63,844 bases of DNA from Candidatus Enterousia sp. (lineage in GTDB: Bacteria > Pseudomonadota > Alphaproteobacteria > Rs-D84): contig JAZROL010000014.1 of assembly GCA_045648665.1 (NCBI GenBank), forward strand, positions 1 to 63,844, read 5' to 3'. Below, one piece after another: positions 42,101 through 50,374 of this stretch. The notes beneath the pieces are model-generated. The model was not told where the DNA came from and ran no database searches. It worked only from the letters and a program-made list of their open reading frames with translations. The position numbers and the translations under genes were made by a program. The stretch's first letter is position 1. The number at the start of each line of letters is the position of its first letter.

Positions 42101-45100
42101 CGACGTTGTCACATTATCGCCCCAATCAAAAGTATCCAATTTTTTATCGCCATTAAAAGTGCTATAAAATTCTTCTGGGCTTGAAATGTTATCTATCCAA
42201 GAAAACAAATCTGCTGGGACAGTGGTTAAATTGGTGCAATCTGCAAATGTTCCGTTAAAACATCTTTGGCCGACATAAATATTATCTGTTTCAATATCAA
42301 ACAATTTGTGTGGTAAGGATGTTAATCCTGTGCAACCACGGAATGTGTTTTCAAAGCCTGCGTTACAATGTGGTGATTCTTTGAATAAACCAGAAGGCAA
42401 TGATTTTAACCCTGTGCAACCATAAAATGTGTTAGCAAAAGTATATGAACCACTTCCAACATTAGCAAATAAATCTTGTGGTAAAGATTTTAATCCGGTG
42501 CAATCACGGAATGTGAGGTAAAACAGAAGACTTGCGCTACCTGAAATATCCTTAAACAATGTTGATTTACCATTTTCATCAACTGGCAGAGATGTTAAAC
42601 CACTGCACCCATGGAATGTGCCGTAAAACATCAATTGTGCGCTACCGTGTATTCCATCAAATAATTCAGCTGGTAAAGATGTTAATTTGTCGCTGTTTAT
42701 AAACGTGTCACAAAATTGTGGTTGTTTCGATAAAACATCAGAACCATCATTTAATGTTGGGAAAATATCGCCCAATGAACCAGATATTGATGCAATCTTT
42801 GGTCCAGAAAATTTTATGGCGGAACGACAATTAATAAGGTAAATATATCCGCTTATTTCTGTTCGTTCTGGATTGTATCCATTTGCATCCCCGGCATATC
42901 TAATAGTGTGTTCTGTCCCAGATTCCCAAGAACATATACCAGAAACGGAATTTGTATTTTGTTTGTCTATTTTGCCGACACGTTCGCCACTGTCGTTAAA
43001 ATTACCACCCGCACCACAATCTATATAAAATGTACCGCTTGCACCGATAGTGGTTGAAAAAGTTCCGCCGTCATCAACAGTATTTACAATGAATTCAGGT
43101 TGTTGACATTCTATATTTCCATTTCCATCAACATATCGTATGTCGTTAGGGTTTTGACACTGATACTGTGCGCGCAAAATTATGTTTCCTGTTGATCCAG
43201 TCGGTATGTTTGGTATAGAAGAACAATCCCCGCCATCCCATTCACATGACCAGCCGCTGAATACATATTCATTATTCACAGGATTGCTTATGGTTATATT
43301 TGGTGATTCAATAGTATAAGTGCCCGGATGATTTGCGCCATTTGGCCATGGATTATCCCCCAACAAATGTTCATATGTGATAGTATATGTTTCCAATTCC
43401 CATTGTGCATAATATGTCAATGGTTCCATTGCGCCGGCCGGTATTGTTATAGTATTTTTATTATTCCCATTCGTGCAATATTGTTGTGAATTATAAGTAG
43501 TGCACCAACCGGTAAACACATGTCCCCGATTAGTTGGTTGAATTTGTTGCGGAACTCTTTGTGCTTGTTCATTTGCGTTGTACGAATAATTAGCGGTTCC
43601 AAGTGTAGTATCACCGTTTTTAAATGTTATTTTCAGTGTGTCTGTTTCGCAACGCATGTTTTCACCAAGCGAACCAAACAATGCAGTACGAATGTCCGTA
43701 CTTTGTTGGGTAAAGCCTGCGCAGGTGTCCGCGCACGCACGTACGCAAGCGGCCCCGTAGTCGGCGTAGAACACCCAATTACCCGCGACAGCAATGTTGT
43801 TTCCACCCAATAACGAATAACCGTCCATTTTGCACCAGCAATATTGTCCATCCGTACTTCCCGCGGTTAAAGCCCCGGATTCCTTGATGTTGCCATTGTT
43901 CATTCCATAGCCCCACGGATTTGTTCCCTCCGTTGATGTACATGTTGATTTTCCATGAACAACCGTTCCATCTGGCCAAGCAATTGACCAATCACCATTG
44001 TTCATTCCTATATGGCTTCCTTGACCATTGTCACCACTATTGGAACCGCTGTCACCATTTAATGCGCGATATTTGATGTCTTGATTGTTGTTCCATATTA
44101 CTGTTTGGGTCACATAGTTTGATAACACACCATTTGTGTTATTTGAATAATATCCGGTATCGCAATTCAAAGAAGTTATCGCGCACGCGCCAATTCTATC
44201 CAGGAAAAATCCATCACGACTATCCGTTATATCAACAGTTCCAAAATCCGCATATTCTCTATATGATGCTTCACCATTGGTTGAATTACCGTATGTTGCC
44301 GTTCCATGTCCACCGGTATACGGGTTTAATAATGCACAAGATACATTTCCGGTGTTATAACACATTTCACCATTTGTTGCGCCAGCATCGGAATATGGGA
44401 AATTTCCATCATAGTCCAAACAATCGAAACATTCTTCGTCTTCCATATATGTCCCTGCCGGACATCCTGTTTGTTCCCACTGTGCGGTATAAGTTAAATC
44501 ACCAGTGGCGCCGGCCGGTATATCTATCGTATCCTTTTGTGCACCTTCTGTGCAATAAGTAATGTCTTCATAAGTTGTACACCAGCCAGTAAATGCATGA
44601 TCGTCTTTTGTTGGTTCTATAGAAACGTCCAGTGTTTGTGAATTTACGCTGTATGTATAAGTACTATTTCCAACCGTATCATTTTCATTTTTGAGTGTAA
44701 TATTATATGTTTGCAAAGAACATTCGCGCATATCACCCAAAGCCCCAAAAGCACCAGTTCTGGTATTGGCGGCTTGTTCAATAGCAACAACGCAATCCAT
44801 GGCGCAATTCTCGGCACATTCATCCGCGCTTTGATAGTATGTTTCATTTTCATTCCACCAGTTGCCAGATGTACTGATATTATTTCCACCACGCAGTGAA
44901 TATCCGGTCATTTTACACCAACAATAATTACCTTTTTTTGCGCCGGGTGTATAATTAGCAGGCGACACAGCATACAAATCTCTTACTACGCGTAACGCCG
45001 TTTCATCCAAAGAATATTCCCCAGAAAGATACTTTTCAAAAGCTGTTTGCATCAAAACAATTTGTTCAGCGGTGGCACCAGCGGCTGCAAGCCCAGCAAG

Positions 45101-47386
45101 AAACTCTTCTGGCGTCATTTGTCCTTGTGTCACTGCATCACCATAAGTGTCAATATAACCGGCAGGATACTCGCTTTGACAAGATGATGTTCCATAAACC
45201 GCGGTTCCGTCCAGCCATTCTGCGCGCCATTCATTTGATTGCAGACTATTAAACACAGATGGCAAATCAGGCGAAGAGCAATCTGTGCTTATATAATTCA
45301 TATTTGCCCCACCACCATCTTTGTAAGAATCATGTGCAAAACGACAATAATCAGAATTCTTTGAATACCCAATAAACGCATTTTCAAATATATAATCAGA
45401 CAAGACACCCTTTGACCCGGTCAGTTCATACCCGGTATCGCAAGCCAATGTATATTCACATGCATTTACACTGTCCATCGTGCACATATTATCAGTATGT
45501 TCATCCAGCCATGTTTCAGGATAAACACCTAAATAATCTTTACATGTTACATTTGCATTTGTATATGTTGCCGTTCCATGTCCCATTAAATACGGATTTT
45601 TATCACCGCAAGCGACGGTTTTCGTATTATAACAATACGCAGAATCAGTTATTCCCGCGGCAGAATATGGATATGCAGACGGACACGATTTGCATTCTCC
45701 ATTTTCCAGATATTCACCCGCCTGACAAGAAATTGAAACCCAACGCGCGTATAAAGTTATATCACCACTTAATTCAAAATCGTCTAAATCAGTCACTTTA
45801 TCACCGGAAAAATCGTTCGAAGTATACCAACCCTCTAATTCGAAACCGTCTTTTGTCAGGTCTTGTGGTAATAATTCTTCTGGCACATTATAACCATCAT
45901 CATCGGAATAATCGTCGCCATAATAAATTCTTTCTGGTTCCACAGTTGTTTCATTATTAGTGACGAAATTCACAGTGGCATAGCATCCGTATTCATCGGT
46001 ATTTGCTCCTTCATCAGAATGTGAATACACATTACCACAATAATCGCACATAACCTGTGGGAAATCACTTTGTTCGCCCAACCATTCAGGGATATAATGA
46101 GTATACATATTTACCGGACATGATGTTGCAATTTGGGTATTGTTGAACATAGAAGATGTTGCGTCTATGTTATCAGTATTCGTTAAATCTGCATTAAAGA
46201 ATCCATATGGTATATAATCCGGCTCATCTGGATTCGTCACAACCCCATTATGAGAAAACTTTTTCAAATTTGTACAAGCTACAAAAGTAGCGTTAAATGC
46301 CGATCCTTCAACATTACCAGAAATACCACCAAATAAATTGTCCGGTATCGATGTTAATCCTGAACAAATAGCGAATGTGCCAACAAACATCTCGTTTGCC
46401 GCACTAGAAACACCTTTGAACAAGTCCGCTGGCAATGATTCTAATCCGGTACAATCGGCGAATGTTTCACCAAACATATGTTCTGCATTTCCATAGACAC
46501 CTTTGAACAATGTTGAATTACCATTTTCATCGGTTGGCAGCGATGTTAATCCACTACAACCAACGAAAGTGCCCATAAACATACTTTCAGCCGCACCAGA
46601 AATACCTTTAAACAAGTCTGCAGGCAGCGATGTTAATCTATTACAATCACGGAATGTGTCAAGGAACCGAGGTTGTTTTGATAAATCATTTGAACCATCA
46701 TTTAATGTTTTGAATATAGAACCCAACGAACCTTCTATCGTCGATATTTTACCAGAATTGTTTGAATTTCTATAAACATCGTAAAACATGATAGCAGCAC
46801 TATATATTTCATCAATAGTTCTATACCCATTTGCCAAACCAGCATATTTAATAGTGTGTGCATTACCGTTTTCCCAATCGCATTTGTATTCATACATATC
46901 TGTGTTTTGTTTGTCTATAAATATAACCCTTTCGCCAGTATTTGTACTTTGATACGGGCGGTTGATAATTATTGATAAGTTTCCACCTTCGCCACAATCA
47001 ATGTAAAATTCACCACTCGCACTGATCCAGGTTGAAAACGTTCTTTCGTCATTGGCCGTATTCACAGTAAATTTCGGACAAATCAATTTTAATGTTAAAT
47101 CTGAATCTGATGTGATTGTGTCACCAGGAAAATATCGTGTATCGTTACTATTATCCCACCACCAACAACTCTCATCCGCCAAAACAGGATTTGTCACGGA
47201 ATTACATAATTGCGCAGATGTTGTATATGTTTGCGTTCCATTTGTTCCACATTGTGTGACGGGCTGATTGTTTTCATCAACGTATGTAATTGTTTCTGCA
47301 AAAACACTTTGTGACACACCAAACACCACACACAACGCAAAGAGCATTGCTTTTACAAAACGTTGAAAACCGCGTATTATCGGCAT
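36173..47386 (-). CDS. Giant secreted/surface repeat protein (3737 aa). It has >20 Listeria/Bacteroides-type repeats, three copies of a ~360-aa module ending in BspA-like Cys-containing LRRs, and eukaryote-like C..G.Y.....C..C repeats
   Basis: An 11.2-kb uninterrupted ORF in an AT-rich genome. The signal peptide is MLFALCVVFGVSQSVFAE. Recurrent motifs include G(Y/F).F.GW...(L)YA.W, F..C.GLTSLP..LF.GISG, and CQAGEYLENGECKSC / CPAGTYMEDEECFDC. Confidence 0.9.
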   Translation of the reverse strand: MPIIRGFQRFVKAMLFALCVVFGVSQSVFAETITYVDENNQPVTQCGTNGTQTYTTSAQLCNSVTNPVLADESCWWWDNSNDTRYFPGDTITSDSDLTLKLICPKFTVNTANDERTFSTWISASGEFYIDCGEGGNLSIIINRPYQSTNTGERVIFIDKQNTDMYEYKCDWENGNAHTIKYAGLANGYRTIDEIYSAAIMFYDVYRNSNNSGKISTIEGSLGSIFKTLNDGSNDLSKQPRFLDTFRDCNRLTSLPADLFKGISGAAESMFMGTFVGCSGLTSLPTDENGNSTLFKGVYGNAEHMFGETFADCTGLESLPADLFKGVSSAANEMFVGTFAICSGLTSIPDNLFGGISGNVEGSAFNATFVACTNLKKFSHNGVVTNPDEPDYIPYGFFNADLTNTDNIDATSSMFNNTQIATSCPVNMYTHYIPEWLGEQSDFPQVMCDYCGNVYSHSDEGANTDEYGCYATVNFVTNNETTVEPERIYYGDDYSDDDGYNVPEELLPQDLTKDGFELEGWYTSNDFSGDKVTDLDDFELSGDITLYARWVSISCQAGEYLENGECKSCPSAYPYSAAGITDSAYCYNTKTVACGDKNPYLMGHGTATYTNANVTCKDYLGVYPETWLDEHTDNMCTMDSVNACEYTLACDTGYELTGSKGVLSDYIFENAFIGYSKNSDYCRFAHDSYKDGGGANMNYISTDCSSPDLPSVFNSLQSNEWRAEWLDGTAVYGTSSCQSEYPAGYIDTYGDAVTQGQMTPEEFLAGLAAAGATAEQIVLMQTAFEKYLSGEYSLDETALRVVRDLYAVSPANYTPGAKKGNYCWCKMTGYSLRGGNNISTSGNWWNENETYYQSADECAENCAMDCVVAIEQAANTRTGAFGALGDMRECSLQTYNITLKNENDTVGNSTYTYSVNSQTLDVSIEPTKDDHAFTGWCTTYEDITYCTEGAQKDTIDIPAGATGDLTYTAQWEQTGCPAGTYMEDEECFDCLDYDGNFPYSDAGATNGEMCYNTGNVSCALLNPYTGGHGTATYGNSTNGEASYREYADFGTVDITDSRDGFFLDRIGACAITSLNCDTGYYSNNTNGVLSNYVTQTVIWNNNQDIKYRALNGDSGSNSGDNGQGSHIGMNNGDWSIAWPDGTVVHGKSTCTSTEGTNPWGYGMNNGNIKESGALTAGSTDGQYCWCKMDGYSLLGGNNIAVAGNWVFYADYGAACVRACADTCAGFTQQSTDIRTALFGSLGENMRCETDTLKITFKNGDTTLGTANYSYNANEQAQRVPQQIQPTNRGHVFTGWCTTYNSQQYCTNGNNKNTITIPAGAMEPLTYYAQWELETYTITYEHLLGDNPWPNGANHPGTYTIESPNITISNPVNNEYVFSGWSCEWDGGDCSSIPNIPTGSTGNIILRAQYQCQNPNDIRYVDGNGNIECQQPEFIVNTVDDGGTFSTTIGASGTFYIDCGAGGNFNDSGERVGKIDKQNTNSVSGICSWESGTEHTIRYAGDANGYNPERTEISGYIYLINCRSAIKFSGPKIASISGSLGDIFPTLNDGSDVLSKQPQFCDTFINSDKLTSLPAELFDGIHGSAQLMFYGTFHGCSGLTSLPVDENGKSTLFKDISGSASLLFYLTFRDCTGLKSLPQDLFANVGSGSYTFANTFYGCTGLKSLPSGLFKESPHCNAGFENTFRGCTGLTSLPHKLFDIETDNIYVGQRCFNGTFADCTNLTTVPADLFSWIDNISSPEEFYSTFNGDKKLDTFDWGDNVTTSYIPPKFFGNEPTIPQHQNYAMYNVFNNTSVALSCPAGTAQYITGLEEAWNYPNAETVPGQKVSCAPVIKLYQNYSANDDTLNTTIFEPDENNDMPTVNINGEELLPPTRTAYVFLGYFNQRDGGTKYYNPDMTSAQNWDGNWFDRYISKTDGLTDSYLYAQWAPLNYRIRYYDGENLLNIDGEDPQITPNTYSYSDSQANEITPSEPQKEHYSFDGWCNNAELTGECSKTITIPAGTIDTQSFYAKWTPVQYRIEYNLGAGVLESGETNPIECSMDTQGITLNNPVWTGYEFTGWCLAGESCDTPNKNVEISACEGPRKYIANYDLKKYSITYFYGGDGPDKDEIISGIDEKYTYYTIENTGGNFKRYPDVDYMNSKNFKPGKEFVRWIDKRDNHEYTGVYGNAHRDIELYAVWKDLAPVPTTCGKIYKHADVAENPAPEQCYATVIYHLNNGATPITENIHYGDNNTTVDNYKLELPAPEYTGYIFQNWADANGNLVTNDTAFNNDAHLYAQWAPIGYDVTFNANGGVGDKGSVRCTYDALPCYIGGSGEISNEGYTFKGWSTNSADTEAEYNEYITRNFESDVTLYAIWGKQGYQVKYIDESGNKITGADNPVACDIETQRTELNNPERPYYEFKGWCISGGTCPVLSKPGILDGNCTKDITYIGHFEPIKYKVIYKDMDGSDLPEIGNAVKQFSVEDKGRKIEYPTSIAKQGYEFKGWRTASNGGGNEVVGFKVVDSTLGHDIIVYANWEPAPIDCVVGTYLKAGTTECIPCDEAGKYCGGARCIYSATEDCGKDICPAPYTNAEIGSDSINDCYKDCEERGQDYTYISGKNYYNNNQCIYNANTYAIVYKDGDDILDNLKPNTYTVEEYGKRLADYSKPHHVFAGWCESNQGCQYPFRVVQDGWNGEQVLYAQFTTDTYIVKYSCGTGTGVVPLATATYGQAFTVAGNTGCTRIGYDFDGWVDDSGNNRDAGETFVWEYESGKTFTAKWKIKTYTITYLDTNGEELPQEIINQILAEDKTYTIESNKNTGGVKVYPKVNRSGYNFNGWKENGSIYTGFNVRNRVASGVANITVYASWELAPIDCERGTYLQAGTTECTSCDEAGKYCGGARCIYSATEDCGKDICPAPYTNAEIGSDSINDCYKDCEERNGYTHTGYDWYDKRHADQCAYTPITYNIYYELNGGTLNALVQSPRPYTVNMGIITDLPTPGYEGGRFTEWQDEEGNRVESVDTSIARDITLYAQYTCDENNIEYTDDNGIKHCIPAKFIVNTVNDGGTFSTWISASGEFYIDCGEGGIFGETHLYNGGYTFIRIPASGKRVGKIEKLPSYLIQYTCQFASAGEHEIKYAGLADEYNDSPNMTAIRFSNPIYNNNNAPKIASISGSLSAIFPTLNNGSNDPSQQPQFIKTFMGCTGLTSLPIDENGNSTLFKDVFGATDYMFESTFSGCSGLASLPEDLFKGISGVADSIFENTFESCSNLKIIPDNLFNGISSVKNMMFLGTFAGCTGLTEIPANLFSNITGDVDTSAFSTTFFGCTNLKKFSPAVIDNPDEPDYIPYGFFSADLTNTDNINNVTDYMFYNTQIAKSCPANMYTHYIPDWLSTQSDFPQVMCDGCGDVYPHSVKGDNDTHESCYAIVTYHNGEDTTTQNVNYTESTADKYGLNELELPDVTKDGYKFTGWFTADGTAVTEQSEFTGDIDLYAQFARQITIHFDDNANGYNTTDKIPDDVVCTEGEECIETYIVRPPRTQGRPRRTGYAFDSWNTEANGTGVKFEYEEGMMPDNGREFVADLSGVFNLTNEHEITLYAQWTPLNYRIRYYDGEGEIDDIEPKQYVYSDEDQNITTVEPRRNRYAFVGWCDNEELTGDCQKTLAIPGGTTGPLTYYAKWEYVPFVCSTDKYLRFGEDDADKLCLSETKISGRGLPSLTFQIGNKKYYLGLTKDSNMPINETSTKKMRVLRRGVKFNAFDASVLQ

Positions 47387-47497
47387 TTGTGTGATTTTGT
47401 CCTTCCTTTGTTATGGTTAGTGTAGAAAAAATGTCCGCAACCTGTAAAGTAAAAAATATATATAATATAAATTATTATTTTCTTGACGGTTTTTATT

Positions 47498-47570
47498 AGG
47501 TTCCTCGCCCAGGGCGGGGTGGTCGCGGCCTCACTTTGTGTGGACGGAACGGGGAGGGTTAGATAATCCC
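47498..47570 (+). repeat. GC-rich palindromic repeat element, copy E1
   Basis: AGGTTCCTCGCCCAGGGCGGGG...GACGGAACGGGGAGGGTTAGA is similar to 63611..63697. The core hairpin is CCTCGCC-CAG-GGCGGGG (47503..47519). Confidence 0.6.
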
Positions 47571-47598
47571 AGAAAACATAAATTCTAGAAAATATTTT

Positions 47599-48513
47599 TT
47601 AATCGTTTTTTGCCATTGGATGTGCGTGATTATACGCGTCCATAATTTCGGACATGTTTACTTTTGTGTAAAGTTGTGTTGTTGAAAGTGATGAATGACC
47701 TAATAATTCCTGTAAACTGCGTAAATCTGCACCGCCAGCTAACAATGCCGTGGCAAATGTATGCCGCAGGGCATGTGGTGTCACATAATCCGGTAATTGC
47801 AAATAATGGCGCAGGTTTTCAATGACTTTTTCCGCCATTCTGGATGACATAGGCAGACCGCGCACACTGCGAAACAGCGGATCATCAGCGCGATTGCCGT
47901 ATGGATTTACCGCAATATATTTTTGAATTGCCGTATTCACCGCCGGCAAAACGGGCACTATTCGTTCTTTGTTTCCTTTACCCACAATGCGCAAAGAGCA
48001 GGGCGCATTTTCAACATCTGCGTTTTTTAAAGATAGTGCCTCTGATATACGTAATCCACACCCAAAAATAAGTACCACCAAAGCCCAATCTCGTGCGGCA
48101 ATCCATGGCTGGTTATTGTCTATATTGCGAATTGCATCGTGCATATCTGAAACGTCGGTTGTTTCAATCGCTTTTGATAGTTTTCGTGGCACTTTTGGTG
48201 AAGAAATCAGCCCTATGGCATCATTTTGAATGTTTTTATGTCGTGCCAACCATTTGTAAAATGTTCGTAACGATGACAAAGCCCGCGCAGTTGATTTGTG
48301 GGTTAAATCACGGCGCGCGCGATCTGCCATCCACGAACGAAAAGTAAAAGTATCTGCATTAGCTAAATCGGCCAGGGTCATTTCGCCATTATTAAAACGC
48401 GCATAAAAGTTAACAAAATCCGACACATCGGTTTCATAGGCCGTGCCGGTGTGCGTTGAATAATTTTTCGTATTCAATAAATAATTTATAAAATCCGCAA
48501 TAACTTCGTTCAT
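47599..48513 (-). CDS. xerC: Tyrosine recombinase XerC/XerD family
   Basis: N-terminal SAM-like domain, then ARDWALVVLIFGCGLRISE, HALRHTFAT and LLGHSSLSTTQLYT. C versus D cannot be decided by eye. Confidence 0.85.
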   Translation of the reverse strand: MNEVIADFINYLLNTKNYSTHTGTAYETDVSDFVNFYARFNNGEMTLADLANADTFTFRSWMADRARRDLTHKSTARALSSLRTFYKWLARHKNIQNDAIGLISSPKVPRKLSKAIETTDVSDMHDAIRNIDNNQPWIAARDWALVVLIFGCGLRISEALSLKNADVENAPCSLRIVGKGNKERIVPVLPAVNTAIQKYIAVNPYGNRADDPLFRSVRGLPMSSRMAEKVIENLRHYLQLPDYVTPHALRHTFATALLAGGADLRSLQELLGHSSLSTTQLYTKVNMSEIMDAYNHAHPMAKND

Positions 48514-49247
48514 TTTATTTCAAAAGTCGCAGATACTGAAACTGTAATCTCAGAATCCTTGCTGACTATACTTCCACCGGTGTCCATTGCCGCACCTTCG
48601 GCCGTAACTGCTTTTGCCGACATTAAACGATAATTAGCTGTTGGACGTTCATTATATGAAACATTTCCGTATGAAACAGACAACAATTTTCCGGCTTTAC
48701 GTTTGTCCCCCGCAACCAAAGCGTTTGCGCGTTCGCGCGCATTTTCAACTGCTGTGGATAAACATTTTTCCAATGCCGGTTTCATTGTTTCGGTACTGGT
48801 AAACATACGCAGGTTTTCTGTGTACACATTTGGTTGCCCCGCGAATTTATTTAATATTTTTTCGATTTCTTCTTGGCTTTGCGAAGATACTTCCACACTT
48901 ATGCGGGTTTCAATGCCCAGGTTTTCTGATTTTTGCAACTGATGATTCCATTCTGTTTTTTCATAGGAATCAAATTCAGTAGTTTGCATTTTAACATCTT
49001 GCGTTTTAAGAAAATCCGTAATCTTTGCCATTTTTTCGGTCGCCATACGCATAGATTTCGCAGCGTTTTTATCTAAAGTCGTTACGCGCAGGGTTATGGC
49101 AGTTCTGTCTTTTGCAACAGATGTCAAACATTCACCAGTCACATTTATTTTTGAAATTTCTTTTGGTTTTTCAAATGCACCAAACAATATATCTAACAGT
49201 GCAGCGGCACCAACAATCCCCGCGGTTATAGTAAGTGTTTTTTTCAT
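48510..49247 (-). CDS. SIMPL/DUF541 periplasmic protein
   Basis: Signal peptide. The overall pattern and the C-terminal ITVSVSATFEIK are typical of 26-kDa periplasmic immunogenic protein homologs. Confidence 0.7.
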   Translation of the reverse strand: MKKTLTITAGIVGAAALLDILFGAFEKPKEISKINVTGECLTSVAKDRTAITLRVTTLDKNAAKSMRMATEKMAKITDFLKTQDVKMQTTEFDSYEKTEWNHQLQKSENLGIETRISVEVSSQSQEEIEKILNKFAGQPNVYTENLRMFTSTETMKPALEKCLSTAVENARERANALVAGDKRKAGKLLSVSYGNVSYNERPTANYRLMSAKAVTAEGAAMDTGGSIVSKDSEITVSVSATFEIK

Positions 49248-49271
49248 GTTTCTCTCTCCTGTTTTTCTAAA

Positions 49272-50264
49272 TTATCCTAACATTGCTTTTTTAATGCGTA
49301 ATATGGTTTTATCAGCCACTTTACCGGCACGCGTTGCCCCGTCTTGTAATGCTTTTTCTATCTCGTCAGGGTTATTCATTAACCGTTCATATTCTGCACG
49401 CGGTTTGGATAATACGGTATTAATTTTTTCAAATAATATAGTTTTAGCGGTTCCATATCCCATGCCTCCAGCAATGAATTTTTCGCGTAATTCTGCGATT
49501 TCTTTTTCATCTGCAAAATGTTTATACAATTGGAATATAGTCGATTCATCTGGATTTTTAGATTCTTCTGGGGTTTTAGAATCCGTTATAATCCGCATAA
49601 TTTTTTTCTTTAATTCGTTTTCAGGTGCAAAAAGTGGAATAGTATTATCATAAGATTTGCTCATTTTTCGGCCGTCAAGCCCCGGTATAATACCGGCATC
49701 TGTACCGATAACTGGTTCTGGTAATTTGAAAACTTCACCATAAATATTATTGAAATACCCTGCAATATCACCTGCAAATTCAACATGTTGCTTTTGATCT
49801 TTGCCAACCGGAACAATATCGGCATTGTAAAGCAAGATATCCGCCGCCATCAGCACAGGATACGTATACAATCCCATGTTGACCCCTGCATCAATATCAA
49901 CGCCATTTTCAGTGTTTTTTTCAACAATTGCTTTATAAGAATGTGCGCGATTCATTAACCCCTTTGGCGTGACATTCATTAAAAAATTAGATAATTTATA
50001 CACCCCATCTATATCAGATTGACGGAATAAAATAGTATTTTCAAGATTTAAACCCATCGCAATCATTAATGCCGCGATTTCATAAGTATGTTTTTTTAAT
50101 TCTTTGGCATCATGCATACTGTTCAAAGCGTGCAAATCCGCAATAAACATGAAAGTTTTGTGTGTTTGTGACATATCAATCAACGGTTTCAAGGCGCCAA
50201 TATAATTTCCAATATGTGGCGTTCCAGTTGGTTTTATGCCTGTTAAAACAATTTTATCATCCAT
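49272..50264 (-). CDS. trpS: Tryptophan--tRNA ligase
   Basis: HIGH-type motif TGTPHIGNY, KMSKS, and 330 aa. Confidence 0.95.
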   Translation of the reverse strand: MDDKIVLTGIKPTGTPHIGNYIGALKPLIDMSQTHKTFMFIADLHALNSMHDAKELKKHTYEIAALMIAMGLNLENTILFRQSDIDGVYKLSNFLMNVTPKGLMNRAHSYKAIVEKNTENGVDIDAGVNMGLYTYPVLMAADILLYNADIVPVGKDQKQHVEFAGDIAGYFNNIYGEVFKLPEPVIGTDAGIIPGLDGRKMSKSYDNTIPLFAPENELKKKIMRIITDSKTPEESKNPDESTIFQLYKHFADEKEIAELREKFIAGGMGYGTAKTILFEKINTVLSKPRAEYERLMNNPDEIEKALQDGATRAGKVADKTILRIKKAMLG

Positions 50265-50349
50265 AATAAAAACCTTTTAAATTTCAGTGTATAATAGCAC
50301 TTTTTTATTAAAATTTCAATAGAATAGGGCAAAATTTCCAAAGAATAAA

Positions 50350-50372
50350 GTTCCCCGCCTGGGGCAAGGAAC
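50350..50372. repeat. GC-rich palindromic repeat, short copy E3; probably also the terminator for 50375..50908
   Basis: GTTCCCCGCCTGGGGCAAGGAAC shares GTTCCCCGCCTGGGGC with 63612..63627. Confidence 0.55.
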
Positions 50373-50374
50373 TA

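Noticed and set aside
47387-48513. XerC-like recombinase plus an invertible promoter controlling the giant gene (fim/Bacteroides-style phase switch)
   Set aside because: I found no inverted repeats flanking the 47387..47598 region. The recombinase has typical housekeeping XerC/D features and sits in an overlapping operon with trpS and a SIMPL gene. The opposite orientation of the GC-rich element relative to its neighbouring genes is better explained by a REP-like repeat.
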